From positions 150,001 to 182,000 of the forward strand of contig NZ_CP045876.1 in NCBI RefSeq assembly GCF_020541245.1: a stretch of DNA of 32,000 bases, read 5' to 3'. The DNA is from Candidatus Annandia pinicola (GTDB taxonomy: Bacteria > Pseudomonadota > Gammaproteobacteria > Enterobacterales > Enterobacteriaceae_A). Numbering within the stretch: position 1 is the stretch's first letter; the number at the start of each line of letters is the position of its first letter. The position numbers were made by a program, and so were the translations under genes. Below, piece after piece: positions 16,182 through 26,525 of this stretch. Below the pieces are notes generated by a model. That model had not been told where the DNA came from and did not search any database. It worked only from the letters and a program-made list of their open reading frames with translations.

Positions 16182-18518
16182 TTAATATTTTAAATATGCA
16201 TTAAATTTTTTTTTAAGCAAAATTAAACAATTTTTTACAATTTTATTTATTTCATTATCTTCTAAAGTTTTTTTTTTTGATTGCAAAGTTAAGCTTATTG
16301 TAATACTTTTTTTGTTTTTATCTATATTATTATGATAAACATCTATTAACTCTACATTTATAATTTTTTTTGTTATTTTTTTACAAAATAAAATAATATT
16401 TTCAGATAAAATATTATTATCTATTATAATGTTAATATTTCTATTGTTACAAGGAAATTTTGAAAAGTTTTTATATTCAAATTTTTTTTTTAATATAACT
16501 TTATCATATAAAATTTCAAAAATTATAGTTTTATTATTTATATTTAATTTTTTTTGTAATATAGGGTGTAATGTTCCCATATAACCTATTACATCACTAT
16601 TTTGATAAATTAAAGAACCCTGGCCTGGATGTAGTAAATATTTATGTAAATTATTTGGTAAAAATTTTATATTATTATTACCTAAAATATTAAATAAAAT
16701 TTCTATATCACCTTTCATATCATAAAAATCTACTATTCTAGGTTTCATAATCCAGTTTTTATCATAAATATTACCATTTAATAAACCAGATATACAGTTT
16801 ACTTGATCTATTAAATTAAATTTATTATTTATAAAACAAGTACCATATTCAAATAGTTTAATAGATTTTTTCTGACGATTTTGATTATATAATAAAGTTG
16901 ATATTAAACCATTTAAAAGAGTAGATCTCATAATAGACATTTCTTTAGAAATATAATTACATATTTTTAAAGGTACGATATTAGGAAATAATATTTTTTG
17001 TAATTTAGGGTTTATAAAACTGTAAGTTATTATTTCTTGATAACCTTTATTTAATAGAAAATTTTTTATACATTTTATTTTTTTTTTAATATGACATATA
17101 TTTTTTTTTTTTAATAAGCTATTTTTTATAGGAATCATCGGAATATTATTATATCCGTAAAATTTAATTATTTCTTTAATTATATCTTCTTTAATTAATA
17201 TATCTGATCTATTTTTAGGTGTAACTATATTCCAATAATTTTTATTTAATTTAATATAACAATCTATATTTTTTAATATTTTAATTATTTTTTTTTTAGA
17301 TATTTTAATACCAATAATATTATATATTTCTTGTACTTTAATTTTTATTTTATTATTTGGTAAAAATTTTTTATATATTTTTTTAGTAACTTTACCTACT
17401 TTACCTCCAGAAAATTTTTTTATAAAATAAATTGCTTTCATAAAAGATTTTTTTAATAAATTTAAATTAATATTTGTTGATGAATAATTATTCCAAATAT
17501 TATTTTTAATTTTATAAATTTCTTTTTTTCCTAAAACATATTTATAATTAAAAAAAGCGCATGATAATAAAATATTTTTAGAATTTTTAGAAACTTTAGC
17601 TATTTTATTAACATAAACACCTGCTAATGATAAAATTTTATTTTTATCATTAATTAATAATGTATTTTTTTTTAATTTAATTATTTTATTTTTACTTAAA
17701 TTAAAATATTCACCTTTTTCAGACATTCTAATATTTATATAATTATTAATACAATCCAAATTTAAAACATAAAGTGGTATACCTAATTCTATAATTAAGT
17801 AATTAATAATATTATTAATTATATCTTTTGAAGATAAACCATAAGAATATAATTTACTTTGCATCCATTTTGGAGTATCTATTTTATTATTTATATTTTT
17901 AATAGTAACACAAATATAAATAGGACAAGCTTTTTTATTATTTATTTTAATAGGAATAAAATCTTTATTATCTTTTAATATATTATATTTTTTAATACTT
18001 TTAATACTAAAATTATTTAAAATTGATAAATCTTTTGCTATACCAATTATTGATAAATAATCAAATCTATTTGTATTAGTATTAATATTTATAATATTAT
18101 CATTAACGTTAAAAAAATTACCTATATTAGTTCCTATAGGAATACTATTATCTAATTTTATTATTTTATTATCAGATTTTTTTAAACCTATTTCTGAAAA
18201 AGAACATATTTTATAATTTTTATTTTTATTTATATCATTATATTTTAAAACTGCTAATTTTAAACCAATATAATAGTTATTATATTTATAATTAACTATT
18301 ATATTTTTTTTTTTTCCTAAATTTACTAATATTGAACATATATTTTTTTTATTAATACTAAAATTTACAATTTTACCAACAATAATTTTAGAAAATATTT
18401 TTTTTAGATTTAAAATATTATTTATTTCTATACCTAAAATTAACAATTGTTTACATAATAATTTTGTTGTAATATTATATTTTAAAAATTCATATAACCA
18501 TTTTGTATTTAATTTCAT
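16182..18518 (-). CDS. pheT: Phenylalanine--tRNA ligase beta subunit
   Basis: 778 aa. The N-terminus MKLNTKWLYEF...LGIEI matches E. coli MKFSELWLREW...AGLEV. It follows pheS in the conserved operon. B3/4, B5 and C-terminal FDX-ACB-like regions are recognisable. Confidence 0.93.
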   Translation of the reverse strand: MKLNTKWLYEFLKYNITTKLLCKQLLILGIEINNILNLKKIFSKIIVGKIVNFSINKKNICSILVNLGKKKNIIVNYKYNNYYIGLKLAVLKYNDINKNKNYKICSFSEIGLKKSDNKIIKLDNSIPIGTNIGNFFNVNDNIININTNTNRFDYLSIIGIAKDLSILNNFSIKSIKKYNILKDNKDFIPIKINNKKACPIYICVTIKNINNKIDTPKWMQSKLYSYGLSSKDIINNIINYLIIELGIPLYVLNLDCINNYINIRMSEKGEYFNLSKNKIIKLKKNTLLINDKNKILSLAGVYVNKIAKVSKNSKNILLSCAFFNYKYVLGKKEIYKIKNNIWNNYSSTNINLNLLKKSFMKAIYFIKKFSGGKVGKVTKKIYKKFLPNNKIKIKVQEIYNIIGIKISKKKIIKILKNIDCYIKLNKNYWNIVTPKNRSDILIKEDIIKEIIKFYGYNNIPMIPIKNSLLKKKNICHIKKKIKCIKNFLLNKGYQEIITYSFINPKLQKILFPNIVPLKICNYISKEMSIMRSTLLNGLISTLLYNQNRQKKSIKLFEYGTCFINNKFNLIDQVNCISGLLNGNIYDKNWIMKPRIVDFYDMKGDIEILFNILGNNNIKFLPNNLHKYLLHPGQGSLIYQNSDVIGYMGTLHPILQKKLNINNKTIIFEILYDKVILKKKFEYKNFSKFPCNNRNINIIIDNNILSENIILFCKKITKKIINVELIDVYHNNIDKNKKSITISLTLQSKKKTLEDNEINKIVKNCLILLKKKFNAYLKY

Positions 18519-18532
18519 ATAATAATTATTTA

Positions 18533-19519
18533 TTAAAATTGAGTTAAAAAATTTAAATCATTTTCAAAAAACAATCTAATGTCATTTATATTATAATATA
18601 ACATAGTTATTCTTTCTATACCTAAACCAAAAGCAAATCCAGAATAAATATCAGAATTAATTTTACATAATTTTAATATATTTGGATGAATCATACCACA
18701 ACCTAATATTTCTAACCAATTATTATTTTTTTGTTTAATATCTATTTCCGCAGAAGGTTCAGTAAATGGAAAATATGATGGTCTAAATCTTATCTTTAAT
18801 TTTTTATCATTAAAAAAATACATTATAAAATTATATAATGTATATTTTAAATTAGAAAAATTTATTTTTTTATCAACTATAAAACCTTCCATTTGATGAA
18901 ACATAGGAGTATGTGTATTATCGTTATCTTTTCTATATACTTTTCCAGAAGATATACATTTAATAGGTGGTTTATTATTTTTTAAAACATGAATTTGTAC
19001 ATTTGAAGTTTGTGTTCTTAATAAAGTTTTTTTATTAAACCAAAAAGTATCAGATAATTTTCTTGAAGGATGATATCTAGGAATATTTAAATAATCAAAA
19101 TTATATAATACATTTTCTATTTCAGGACCAATTTTTATATCAAAACCTAAATTTTGAAAAAAAAATTCAATACGAGATATTGTACTATTAATAGGATGTA
19201 TTTTTCCATTTTTTAATTTACGCCCTGGTAATGATATATCAATTTTTTCTGAAATAAATTTATTATATAAAATTTTTTTTTCTATTTTTTTTTTATATTT
19301 TAAAATAATATTTATAATTTTATTTTTTGTAATATTTATATTATAACCTAATATTGATTTTTCTTCTTTTGAAGTTTTACTTAAAATATTAATTTTATTA
19401 GATAAATAGCTATTTTTACCTAAATATTTAATTCTTATTTTTTCTAATGATTTTAAATCTTTAGAATTTCTAATTGAATACTTTGCTTCTTTTAATAATT
19501 TTTCAAAAATTGATTTCAT
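18533..19519 (-). CDS. pheS: Phenylalanine--tRNA ligase alpha subunit
   Basis: 328 aa with class II motifs (HPSRKLSDTFWF; GKVYRKDNDNTHTPMFHQMEG; FRPSYFPFTEPSAEIDI; GCGMIHPNIL; GFAFGLGIERITML). Confidence 0.96.
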   Translation of the reverse strand: MKSIFEKLLKEAKYSIRNSKDLKSLEKIRIKYLGKNSYLSNKINILSKTSKEEKSILGYNINITKNKIINIILKYKKKIEKKILYNKFISEKIDISLPGRKLKNGKIHPINSTISRIEFFFQNLGFDIKIGPEIENVLYNFDYLNIPRYHPSRKLSDTFWFNKKTLLRTQTSNVQIHVLKNNKPPIKCISSGKVYRKDNDNTHTPMFHQMEGFIVDKKINFSNLKYTLYNFIMYFFNDKKLKIRFRPSYFPFTEPSAEIDIKQKNNNWLEILGCGMIHPNILKLCKINSDIYSGFAFGLGIERITMLYYNINDIRLFFENDLNFLTQF

Positions 19520-19568
19520 ATAATTATTACATTTTAATAATATTTTATAAAATTAATATAAAAAATTA

Positions 19569-19925
19569 TTAATTAATTTTTTTTTTTATATGTTCTATTA
19601 ATTTAAAAAAGATTGTTTTATTAATTACAGCTAAATTAGATAAAACTTTACGATTTATATTAATATGAGATTTATTTAAACCATGTATAAATTTACTATA
19701 AGTAATACCTTTTAATCTAGCTGATGCATTAATACGCATAATCCATAATTTTCTTAATTGACGCTTTTTTTGTTTTCTATCACGATATCCATATTGACCT
19801 GATTTTATATATGATTGATAAGCAATTCTATAAGATCTAGAACGAGATCCATAGTAACCTTTTGTTTTTTTTAATATTTTTTTATGACGATAATGTGCTC
19901 TTACACCACGTTTTATTCTAACCAT
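19569..19925 (-). CDS. rplT: 50S ribosomal protein L20
   Basis: 118 aa: [35 protein letters not shown]..., typical of L20. Position is rpmI-rplT-pheS. Confidence 0.96.
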   Translation of the reverse strand: MVRIKRGVRAHYRHKKILKKTKGYYGSRSRSYRIAYQSYIKSGQYGYRDRKQKKRQLRKLWIMRINASARLKGITYSKFIHGLNKSHININRKVLSNLAVINKTIFFKLIEHIKKKIN

Positions 19926-19945
19926 TTTTAAATAATCCTATTTTT

Positions 19946-20143
19946 TTAAAAATAAGGTATACATAATAATATTTTATTTATATCTTTTTTAGATAATTTT
20001 TTTTTTAATCTTAAATGTCTTTTTCTTTTTGTATTTTTTTTAGTCAAAATATGTCTTAAATTAGCATTTTTATATTTAATATTACCAGATGAAGTTTTTT
20101 TAAATCTTTTAGCAGCACTTTTAATAGTTTTTATTTTTAACAT
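19946..20143 (-). CDS. rpmI: 50S ribosomal protein L35
   Basis: 65 aa: [17 protein letters not shown]...[18 protein letters not shown], compared with E. coli [17 protein letters not shown]...[18 protein letters not shown]. Confidence 0.96.
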   Translation of the reverse strand: MLKIKTIKSAAKRFKKTSSGNIKYKNANLRHILTKKNTKRKRHLRLKKKLSKKDINKILLCIPYF

Positions 20144-20176
20144 TTTATTCCTAATTAATTTATTCTATAAAATTTT

Positions 20177-20737
20177 TTAGATTATTTTTTTAGGAGATAA
20201 CATCATTATCATTTGTCTTCCTTCTATTTTAGTAGGAAAAAATTCTAAAATAGATATTTCTTTTAAATCATATTTTATATTATTTAACATATCTATTCCA
20301 ATTTGTTTATGAATTATTTCTCTACCACGAAATTTTAACGTAATTTTTGTTTTACAACCGTTTTTTAAAAATTTAACTAAATTACGTAATTTTATAATAT
20401 AATCGCTTTTATCAGTATTAGGTCTAAATTTTATTTCTTTTGTCTGTATAATTTTTTTTTTTTTTTTTTTAAATTTTGATGATTTACATTTTTTATAAAC
20501 AAATTTTTTATAATTTACTATTCTATATACTGTTTGTTTAGAATTAGAGCTAATTTTTACTAAATCTAATCCTAGTTTATAAGATTTAAATATAATATTT
20601 TTTAATAATACTAATCCTATTTGTTCACCTTTTAAACCAGTTAATCTTGCTTTTATTTTTTTTTCAATTTTATTAATAATTTTATAAAAATAATCCTTTT
20701 TAAATCTACTTATACTATTATTTTTGTTTAATTTCAT
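20177..20737 (-). CDS. infC: Translation initiation factor IF-3 (start codon uncertain)
   Basis: Collinear with E. coli IF3 (RLTGLKGEQIG; KEIKFRPNTDKSDY; KITLKFRGREIIHKQIG; FPTKIEGRQMIMMLSPKK). The ATG at 20737 lies inside the thrS 3' end, giving a 20-nt overlap. Alternative non-ATG starts just after the thrS stop cannot be excluded. Confidence 0.9.
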   Translation of the reverse strand: MKLNKNNSISRFKKDYFYKIINKIEKKIKARLTGLKGEQIGLVLLKNIIFKSYKLGLDLVKISSNSKQTVYRIVNYKKFVYKKCKSSKFKKKKKKIIQTKEIKFRPNTDKSDYIIKLRNLVKFLKNGCKTKITLKFRGREIIHKQIGIDMLNNIKYDLKEISILEFFPTKIEGRQMIMMLSPKKII

Positions 20738-22634
20738 AATTTGATATTTCTTTTTTTATTTTTTTTATAAACATTAATATATCAATATTATTATATTGTT
20801 TACCATATATATTTCTAACAGAAATTTTATTTTCTTTTATTTCTCTATCGCCGCATATTATTATGTAAGGTATTTTTAATAATGTATATTCTCTTATTTT
20901 TAAACCTATATTTTCATTTCTTATATCTATTTTTGTTCTTATTTTTTTTTTATTAAATTTTTTATTTATTTTTTTTACGTAATTTATTTGATTACTATTT
21001 ATATTAATTATAGCTACCTGTATAGGGGTTAACCATAAAGGTAAACAACCTTGATATTCTTCTATCAAAATTCCTATAAATCTTTCTATTGATCCTAATA
21101 TTGCTCTATGTATTATTATAGGTATAATTTTATTGTTATTTTTGTTTATATAAAAACAATTTAGTCTTTTAGATAAATATAAATCTAATTGTATAGTACC
21201 ACATTGCCATTCTCTATTTAAACTATCAAATAATATAAATTCTATTTTAGGACCATAAAAAGCCCCTTCTCCATTTTGCAATTCAAATTTTATATTATTT
21301 TTTTTAAGAGAATATATTAAATGTTTCTCAGCTATTTTCCATAAATAGTTATTTTTTATTTCTTTAATTGAATAAGTAGATAGTTTAACTTTAATATTAT
21401 TAAAACCAAATATTTTATATACTTCATATAACATTTTTATACAATCTGTTAATTCTGATTGTATTTGATTTTCACTACAAAAAATATGAGCATCATCCTG
21501 AGTAAAATTTCTTAATCTCATTAAACCATGTAAAGACCCAGAAGGTTCATGACGATGACAAACACCAAATTCTGATATTTTAAAAGGTAATAATTTATAT
21601 GATTTAATATTTTTTTTAAATATATGTATATGACCAGGACAATTCATAGGTTTAATACAATATTTTGTTTTTTTATATTTAGTAGTAAATATAAAATCTT
21701 TATAATATTTCCAATGTCCAGTTTTTTTCCAAGAATTAGTGTTCATAATAATAGGAGTTTGAACTTCTTGATAATTATATTTCTTTAATTTATCTTTTAT
21801 TAACTTTTTTATTTGATTAAATATTATCAATCCATTATTATGCCAAAAAACTACACCTGGAGTTTCTTCTTCAGTATGATATAAGTCTAGTTTTTTTCCA
21901 ATTTCACGATGATCATAACATTGTTTATTTTTTTTTTTATTATTAAAAAAAACATATTTTTTAAAATCTATTTTACCATTAATTCTTTGTAATAAATACT
22001 TTTTTTCATTAATTTTAATATTTGTATTAGAAACATTACATATTTTAAAATTATTACAAAATTTTGTATTAAAAGCAAGAGGTATATTAGACATATCAAA
22101 ATATTTTTTATAACAATAAAAATAAATTTTATATTTTTTTTTTATATATTCATTTAAAACATTGATTTTATATATTTCTTTATTTTTTTTTAAAAATTTA
22201 AAAATATTTTTTGTTTTTATAAAAAATCTATTAAATCTAAAATTTTTATTTATACATCTTTTCATTTCTTTTTCTATTTCAATTAAATCATTTTTATTAA
22301 TTTTATGATCTAAATCTATATCATAATAAAAACCATTTGATGTAATCTTAAAATCTGACATCTTTGCATTATGCCATTTTTTTTTTATTACATATCCTAA
22401 AATAAAAGCACATGATTTACTAATAATTAATTTACATTTATGATTTTTATTAGTTATAACTTCTAAAAAAACATCTTTATTTATATAATCATTTATATCA
22501 ACTAAAGTATTATTTACTTTTACTGCAATACATTTTTCTAATAATTTTTTACTTATATTTTTTATAGATTTTTTAATACTGATATTTTTTTTATAAAAAG
22601 ATTTTTTTCCATTAGAAATAATAATAGTAGGCAT
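20718..22634 (-). CDS. thrS: Threonine--tRNA ligase
   Basis: 638 aa. N-terminal TGS domain MPTIIISNGKK.... Class II core: HREIGKKLDLYH, RMPEF-equivalent ISEFGVCHRHEPSG, FTQDDAHIF, HRAILGSIERFIGILIE. It is the first gene of the thrS-infC-rpmI-rplT-pheST string. Confidence 0.96.
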   Translation of the reverse strand: MPTIIISNGKKSFYKKNISIKKSIKNISKKLLEKCIAVKVNNTLVDINDYINKDVFLEVITNKNHKCKLIISKSCAFILGYVIKKKWHNAKMSDFKITSNGFYYDIDLDHKINKNDLIEIEKEMKRCINKNFRFNRFFIKTKNIFKFLKKNKEIYKINVLNEYIKKKYKIYFYCYKKYFDMSNIPLAFNTKFCNNFKICNVSNTNIKINEKKYLLQRINGKIDFKKYVFFNNKKKNKQCYDHREIGKKLDLYHTEEETPGVVFWHNNGLIIFNQIKKLIKDKLKKYNYQEVQTPIIMNTNSWKKTGHWKYYKDFIFTTKYKKTKYCIKPMNCPGHIHIFKKNIKSYKLLPFKISEFGVCHRHEPSGSLHGLMRLRNFTQDDAHIFCSENQIQSELTDCIKMLYEVYKIFGFNNIKVKLSTYSIKEIKNNYLWKIAEKHLIYSLKKNNIKFELQNGEGAFYGPKIEFILFDSLNREWQCGTIQLDLYLSKRLNCFYINKNNNKIIPIIIHRAILGSIERFIGILIEEYQGCLPLWLTPIQVAIININSNQINYVKKINKKFNKKKIRTKIDIRNENIGLKIREYTLLKIPYIIICGDREIKENKISVRNIYGKQYNNIDILMFIKKIKKEISNYEIKQK

Positions 22635-22703
22635 ATCATTATTCTTATTTATTTATATAATTTAATAATTTATATAATAATATTAAAAAAGTGATTATTT
22701 GTA

Positions 22704-23411
22704 TTAAAATTTTTTATTTTTTATATAATAACAATTTTTAACTTCAAAATCTTTATCAAATTCATATATTAACGGTTTACCAGTAGGTACTTCTATTTTA
22801 GATATTTCTTCATCGTTTAGATTATTTAAATATTTAATTAATGATCTTAAAGAATTACCATGAGCTACAATTAATATTTTTTTTTTATCTTTAAGATTTT
22901 TTAATATACAATTTCTCCAATAAGGTAATACACGTTTATATGTCATTGATAAACTTTCAGATAAAGGTATTTGTTCTTTATTTAATCCATAATACTTTTT
23001 ATCGTAACCAGTAAATAATGGATTAATAATATCTATTTTAGGAGGTATTTCATTAAAACTTCTTCTCCATTTATTTACTTGATCAATTCCATATTTTTCA
23101 GAAGTTTCCTTTTTATTTAAACCTTGTAAAGATCCATAATGTCTTTCATTTAATCTCCAATTTTTAATTATAGGTATCCATACTAAATTTAGTTCTTTTA
23201 AAATATACCATAATGTAAATATTGCTCTTTTTAAAACTGAAGTATAAGCTAAATCAAATTTAAAACCTATTTTTTTTAGATAGTTACCAGCTTTTATTGC
23301 TTCTAAAATTCCATTATTAGATAGTTTAACATCATACCATCCTGTAAATCTATTTTTTTTATTCCATTCACTTTCACCATGACGTATTAATACCAATTTA
23401 GTTAATGACAT
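22704..23411 (-). CDS. gpmA: 2,3-bisphosphoglycerate-dependent phosphoglycerate mutase
   Basis: 235 aa: LVLIRHGESEWNKKNRFTGWYDV (catalytic RHGE), LNERHYGSLQGLNK, VAHGNSLRSL. Collinear with E. coli GpmA but lacks its C-terminal tail. Confidence 0.96.
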   Translation of the reverse strand: MSLTKLVLIRHGESEWNKKNRFTGWYDVKLSNNGILEAIKAGNYLKKIGFKFDLAYTSVLKRAIFTLWYILKELNLVWIPIIKNWRLNERHYGSLQGLNKKETSEKYGIDQVNKWRRSFNEIPPKIDIINPLFTGYDKKYYGLNKEQIPLSESLSMTYKRVLPYWRNCILKNLKDKKKILIVAHGNSLRSLIKYLNNLNDEEISKIEVPTGKPLIYEFDKDFEVKNCYYIKNKKF

Positions 23412-23532
23412 ATTTATATACCTTTATTTTACAATTTTTTTTATTTAAATATATATTATTTTTATCAAATAATATATATAAATAAATATTAAACAAAATT
23501 ATTATTAAAAAAAATTAAATTTATTATTTTTT

Positions 23533-24756
23533 TTATATTATACTATTACCATATAATATAGATGATAAGTTAAAATATTTTGATATAGTTTGTCCTATAT
23601 CTGAAAATGAACTTCTTCTACCTAAAAAATAATTATTTATTTTTTTTTTATAAATTAATATAGGTATATTTTCTCTAGTATGATCATATCCAAACCAGGT
23701 AGTATCACATCCATGATCTGAAGTTATTATTAATAAATCTTCTTTATTCATATTTTTTATAAGTTTTGGAATATAAATATCAAATAATTCTAATCCTAAA
23801 CCATAACCTATAGTATTACGACGATGACCCCATATAGAATCAAAATCTACAAAATTAGTACATATTATTGTATTATTACAAGATTTTTTTAAATATTTTA
23901 TAGTTTTATTGAATAGATTATTTATACCAAAAGATTTAATTTTTTTTGTTATACTATTTTTAGGATATATATCAGTCATTTTTCCTATAGCAATAACTTT
24001 ACCTTTTTTTTCTTTAATAAATTTTTGCATAACTGTTTTGTTTTTAAGTTTTATTATAAAATCTTTTCTATTATTTGTTCTTTTAAAATTATATTTATTA
24101 TTTCCTTTAAATGGTCTTGCTATAATTCTACTTATTTTAAAATTATAACTATATAATATTTTTTTTATTTTTATACATATATTATATAAATTTTTATTAT
24201 CAAAAATACTTTCATGACAAGCAATTTGTAATACGGAATCATTAGAAGTATAAATTATTGGTTTTTTTGTTTCCAAATGTTCAATACCAAAACGATTAAT
24301 AATATCTATTCCAGAAGAATGACAATTACCTAAATATCCAGTAACGTTAGTATTTTTAATAATTTTATCTAATAAAAAATTTGGAATACTGTTTTTTTTT
24401 TTTTTTAAATAATACCAATTAAATAATATGGGGATTCCAGAAATTTCCCAATGTCCAGATACTGTATCTTTTCCTGTTGATATAGGATTTGAATATGCAA
24501 AAGAACTAATAATTTTAGATTTTTTAATATTATTAATATATTTTTTTTTAGATTTATTTAAAGTTTCTCCTAAACCTAAAGATAATAAGTTAGGAATATA
24601 TAAATTATTATTATTATTATATTTAAGAAAAATATTATTATTATATGTATTTATTATATTACCTAAAGTATTAGATTTAATATCGTTAAATTTAATAGAA
24701 TCTGGACTATAGCCGATTCCTAAAGAATCTATTACTATTAATATTAGTCTTTTCAT
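23533..24756 (-). CDS. deoB: Phosphopentomutase
   Basis: 407 aa: MKRLILIVIDSLGIG, SGKDTVSGHWEISG, GYLGNCHSSG, RIIARPF, TNFVDFDSIWGHRR, ITSDHGCDTTW. Collinear with E. coli DeoB. Confidence 0.96.
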   Translation of the reverse strand: MKRLILIVIDSLGIGYSPDSIKFNDIKSNTLGNIINTYNNNIFLKYNNNNNLYIPNLLSLGLGETLNKSKKKYINNIKKSKIISSFAYSNPISTGKDTVSGHWEISGIPILFNWYYLKKKKNSIPNFLLDKIIKNTNVTGYLGNCHSSGIDIINRFGIEHLETKKPIIYTSNDSVLQIACHESIFDNKNLYNICIKIKKILYSYNFKISRIIARPFKGNNKYNFKRTNNRKDFIIKLKNKTVMQKFIKEKKGKVIAIGKMTDIYPKNSITKKIKSFGINNLFNKTIKYLKKSCNNTIICTNFVDFDSIWGHRRNTIGYGLGLELFDIYIPKLIKNMNKEDLLIITSDHGCDTTWFGYDHTRENIPILIYKKKINNYFLGRRSSFSDIGQTISKYFNLSSILYGNSII

Positions 24757-24903
24757 AATACCTTTTTATATAAAAAAATAATTAATTTAAAAATATATGT
24801 ATCTAATAAATATAAAAAAATTAGAAATATAATTTTTAAGTTATATTTTATATATTAAAAATAACATTTTTTTTAATTTAATAAAAAAAAAAAGAAAAAA
24901 AAT

Positions 24904-25536
24904 ATGAAAAATAAGTTTATCGTTATAGAAGGTTTAGAAGGTTCTGGTAAAACTACTATATGTAATTATATTATGAATATGTTAAAAATTTGGGGAATAA
25001 AATCAATAATAACTAGGGAACCAGGTGGTACACCATTAAATGAAAAACTAAGAAAAATAATTAAAAAAGAAAGAAAAAAAGAAATCATTAGTAATAAAAC
25101 TGAATTATTAATGTTCTATGCTTTAAGAGCTCAATCTTTAGAATATATAATAAAACCATCTTTAAAAAATGGTTTATGGGTTATTAGCGATAGATATAGT
25201 ATTTCTTCTCAAGCATATCAAGGTTATAATGATAGTAATAAAAAAATAATAAAAAATTTAAATTATTATGTATTAGAAGGAATATCTCCTGATATAACTT
25301 TATATTTAGATATAGATCCAAAAATAGGTATATATAGAGCTAAAAAAAGAGGAAAATTAGATAGAATAGAAAAAAAATCTTTATCTTTTTTTAAAAAAAC
25401 TAGAAGTCGTTATTTAGAAATAGTAAATAAAAATAAAAAAAAAATAAAAAAAATAAATACTGAAAAACCACTTTATTTAGTAAAAAAAGAAGTAAAAATA
25501 ATATTATTAAGATGGTTATTAAAAAATTTAAAATGA
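24904..25536 (+). CDS. tmk: Thymidylate kinase
   Basis: 210 aa: FIVIEGLEGSGKTT (P-loop), TREPGGT, DRYSISSQAYQG. The TGA stop overlaps the holB ATG. Confidence 0.95.
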   Translation: MKNKFIVIEGLEGSGKTTICNYIMNMLKIWGIKSIITREPGGTPLNEKLRKIIKKERKKEIISNKTELLMFYALRAQSLEYIIKPSLKNGLWVISDRYSISSQAYQGYNDSNKKIIKNLNYYVLEGISPDITLYLDIDPKIGIYRAKKRGKLDRIEKKSLSFFKKTRSRYLEIVNKNKKKIKKINTEKPLYLVKKEVKIILLRWLLKNLK

Positions 25537-26510
25537 AATATTATCCTTGGTTAGAAAAATATTATGAAAAAATTATTAAATATTATAAAAACAATATTTA
25601 TTATAGATCAATTTATATAAAAACTTATAAAGGTATTGGAACAGATTTATTAATTTTTAATATTTGTAAATATATTTTATGTGAAAAAAAAAATGAATTG
25701 TTTAGTTGTAATAAATGTAAAAGTTGTAATTTATTTTCAAATAAAAAAAATATAGATTTTTATTTTTTTAATTTAAAAAATAAAAAACAATTAGAAGTAA
25801 ATAATATTAGAAAAATAATAAATGATTTAATATATTTTAATAGAATTAATAATTATAAAATTATATATATAAAAAATATAGAAAATTTAAATGATTTTGT
25901 AATTTCTTCTTTATTAAAAGTTACAGAAGAACCTCCAATTAATACTTGGTTTTTTTTTACTAGTATAAACCATAACAAAGTAAATAAAACATTAATTAGT
26001 CGCTGTTTAGTAGAAGAAATATTACCATTAAATATTAAAAAAACTTTTTTATGGTTATTAAAAAAAACAAAATTAACTAAATATAAATGTTATATAGCAC
26101 TAAAATTAAGTAATGAATCTCCAATATTAGCAAAAAAAATGTTAAAAACAATTAATTGGGATCAAAGAGACTATTTATATAATAGATTATATATAAATTA
26201 TAAAAATAATATTTTATCTTTATTAAATATAATATTATATAATTCAAATATACAAATATTATATTTATATAGTATTTTTTTAGATGCTTTAAAATGGAAA
26301 TTTAATATTTTTAATTCATTAATTAATATAGATAAAAAAAATATAATAAAAGATATATCTAATTATTTTACATTAAAACAAATATATAATATAACATATC
26401 AGTTTATGATATGTTATCATTATATAAATTATAATAATTTTTTGAATAAAAAATTATTAATAATTAAATTGTTGATTAATTATCAAAAATTTATAAATAA
26501 AAATAATTAA
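25533..26510 (+). CDS. holB: DNA polymerase III delta-prime subunit
   Basis: The start is placed at ATG 25533 (MKYYPWLEKYYEKII vs E. coli MRWYPWLRPDFEKLV), forming an ATGA overlap with the tmk stop. Zn module CNKCKSCNLF; LLKVTEEPPINTWFFF; ISRC. The ORF-track start at 25512 adds 7 residues with no support from homology. Confidence 0.87.
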   Translation: MKYYPWLEKYYEKIIKYYKNNIYYRSIYIKTYKGIGTDLLIFNICKYILCEKKNELFSCNKCKSCNLFSNKKNIDFYFFNLKNKKQLEVNNIRKIINDLIYFNRINNYKIIYIKNIENLNDFVISSLLKVTEEPPINTWFFFTSINHNKVNKTLISRCLVEEILPLNIKKTFLWLLKKTKLTKYKCYIALKLSNESPILAKKMLKTINWDQRDYLYNRLYINYKNNILSLLNIILYNSNIQILYLYSIFLDALKWKFNIFNSLINIDKKNIIKDISNYFTLKQIYNITYQFMICYHYINYNNFLNKKLLIIKLLINYQKFINKNN

Positions 26511-26525
26511 TTTTATTGAGGAAAA

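Noticed and set aside
19520-19568. Possible pheM-like Phe-rich leader peptide or attenuator upstream of pheS
   Set aside because: The 49-nt rplT-pheS spacer contains only an ATG-TAA minimal frame. It has no run of Phe codons and no G/C for attenuator stems, so the attenuator appears to be lost.
23909-24712. Two plus-strand ORFs (79 aa and 94 aa)
   Set aside because: Both lie antisense inside deoB, which is full length and collinear with E. coli DeoB.
25512-25532. holB start 7 codons upstream (MVIKKFK...)
   Set aside because: The ATG at 25533 gives MKYYPWL, matching E. coli MRWYPWL, and forms the classic ATGA stop-start overlap with tmk.
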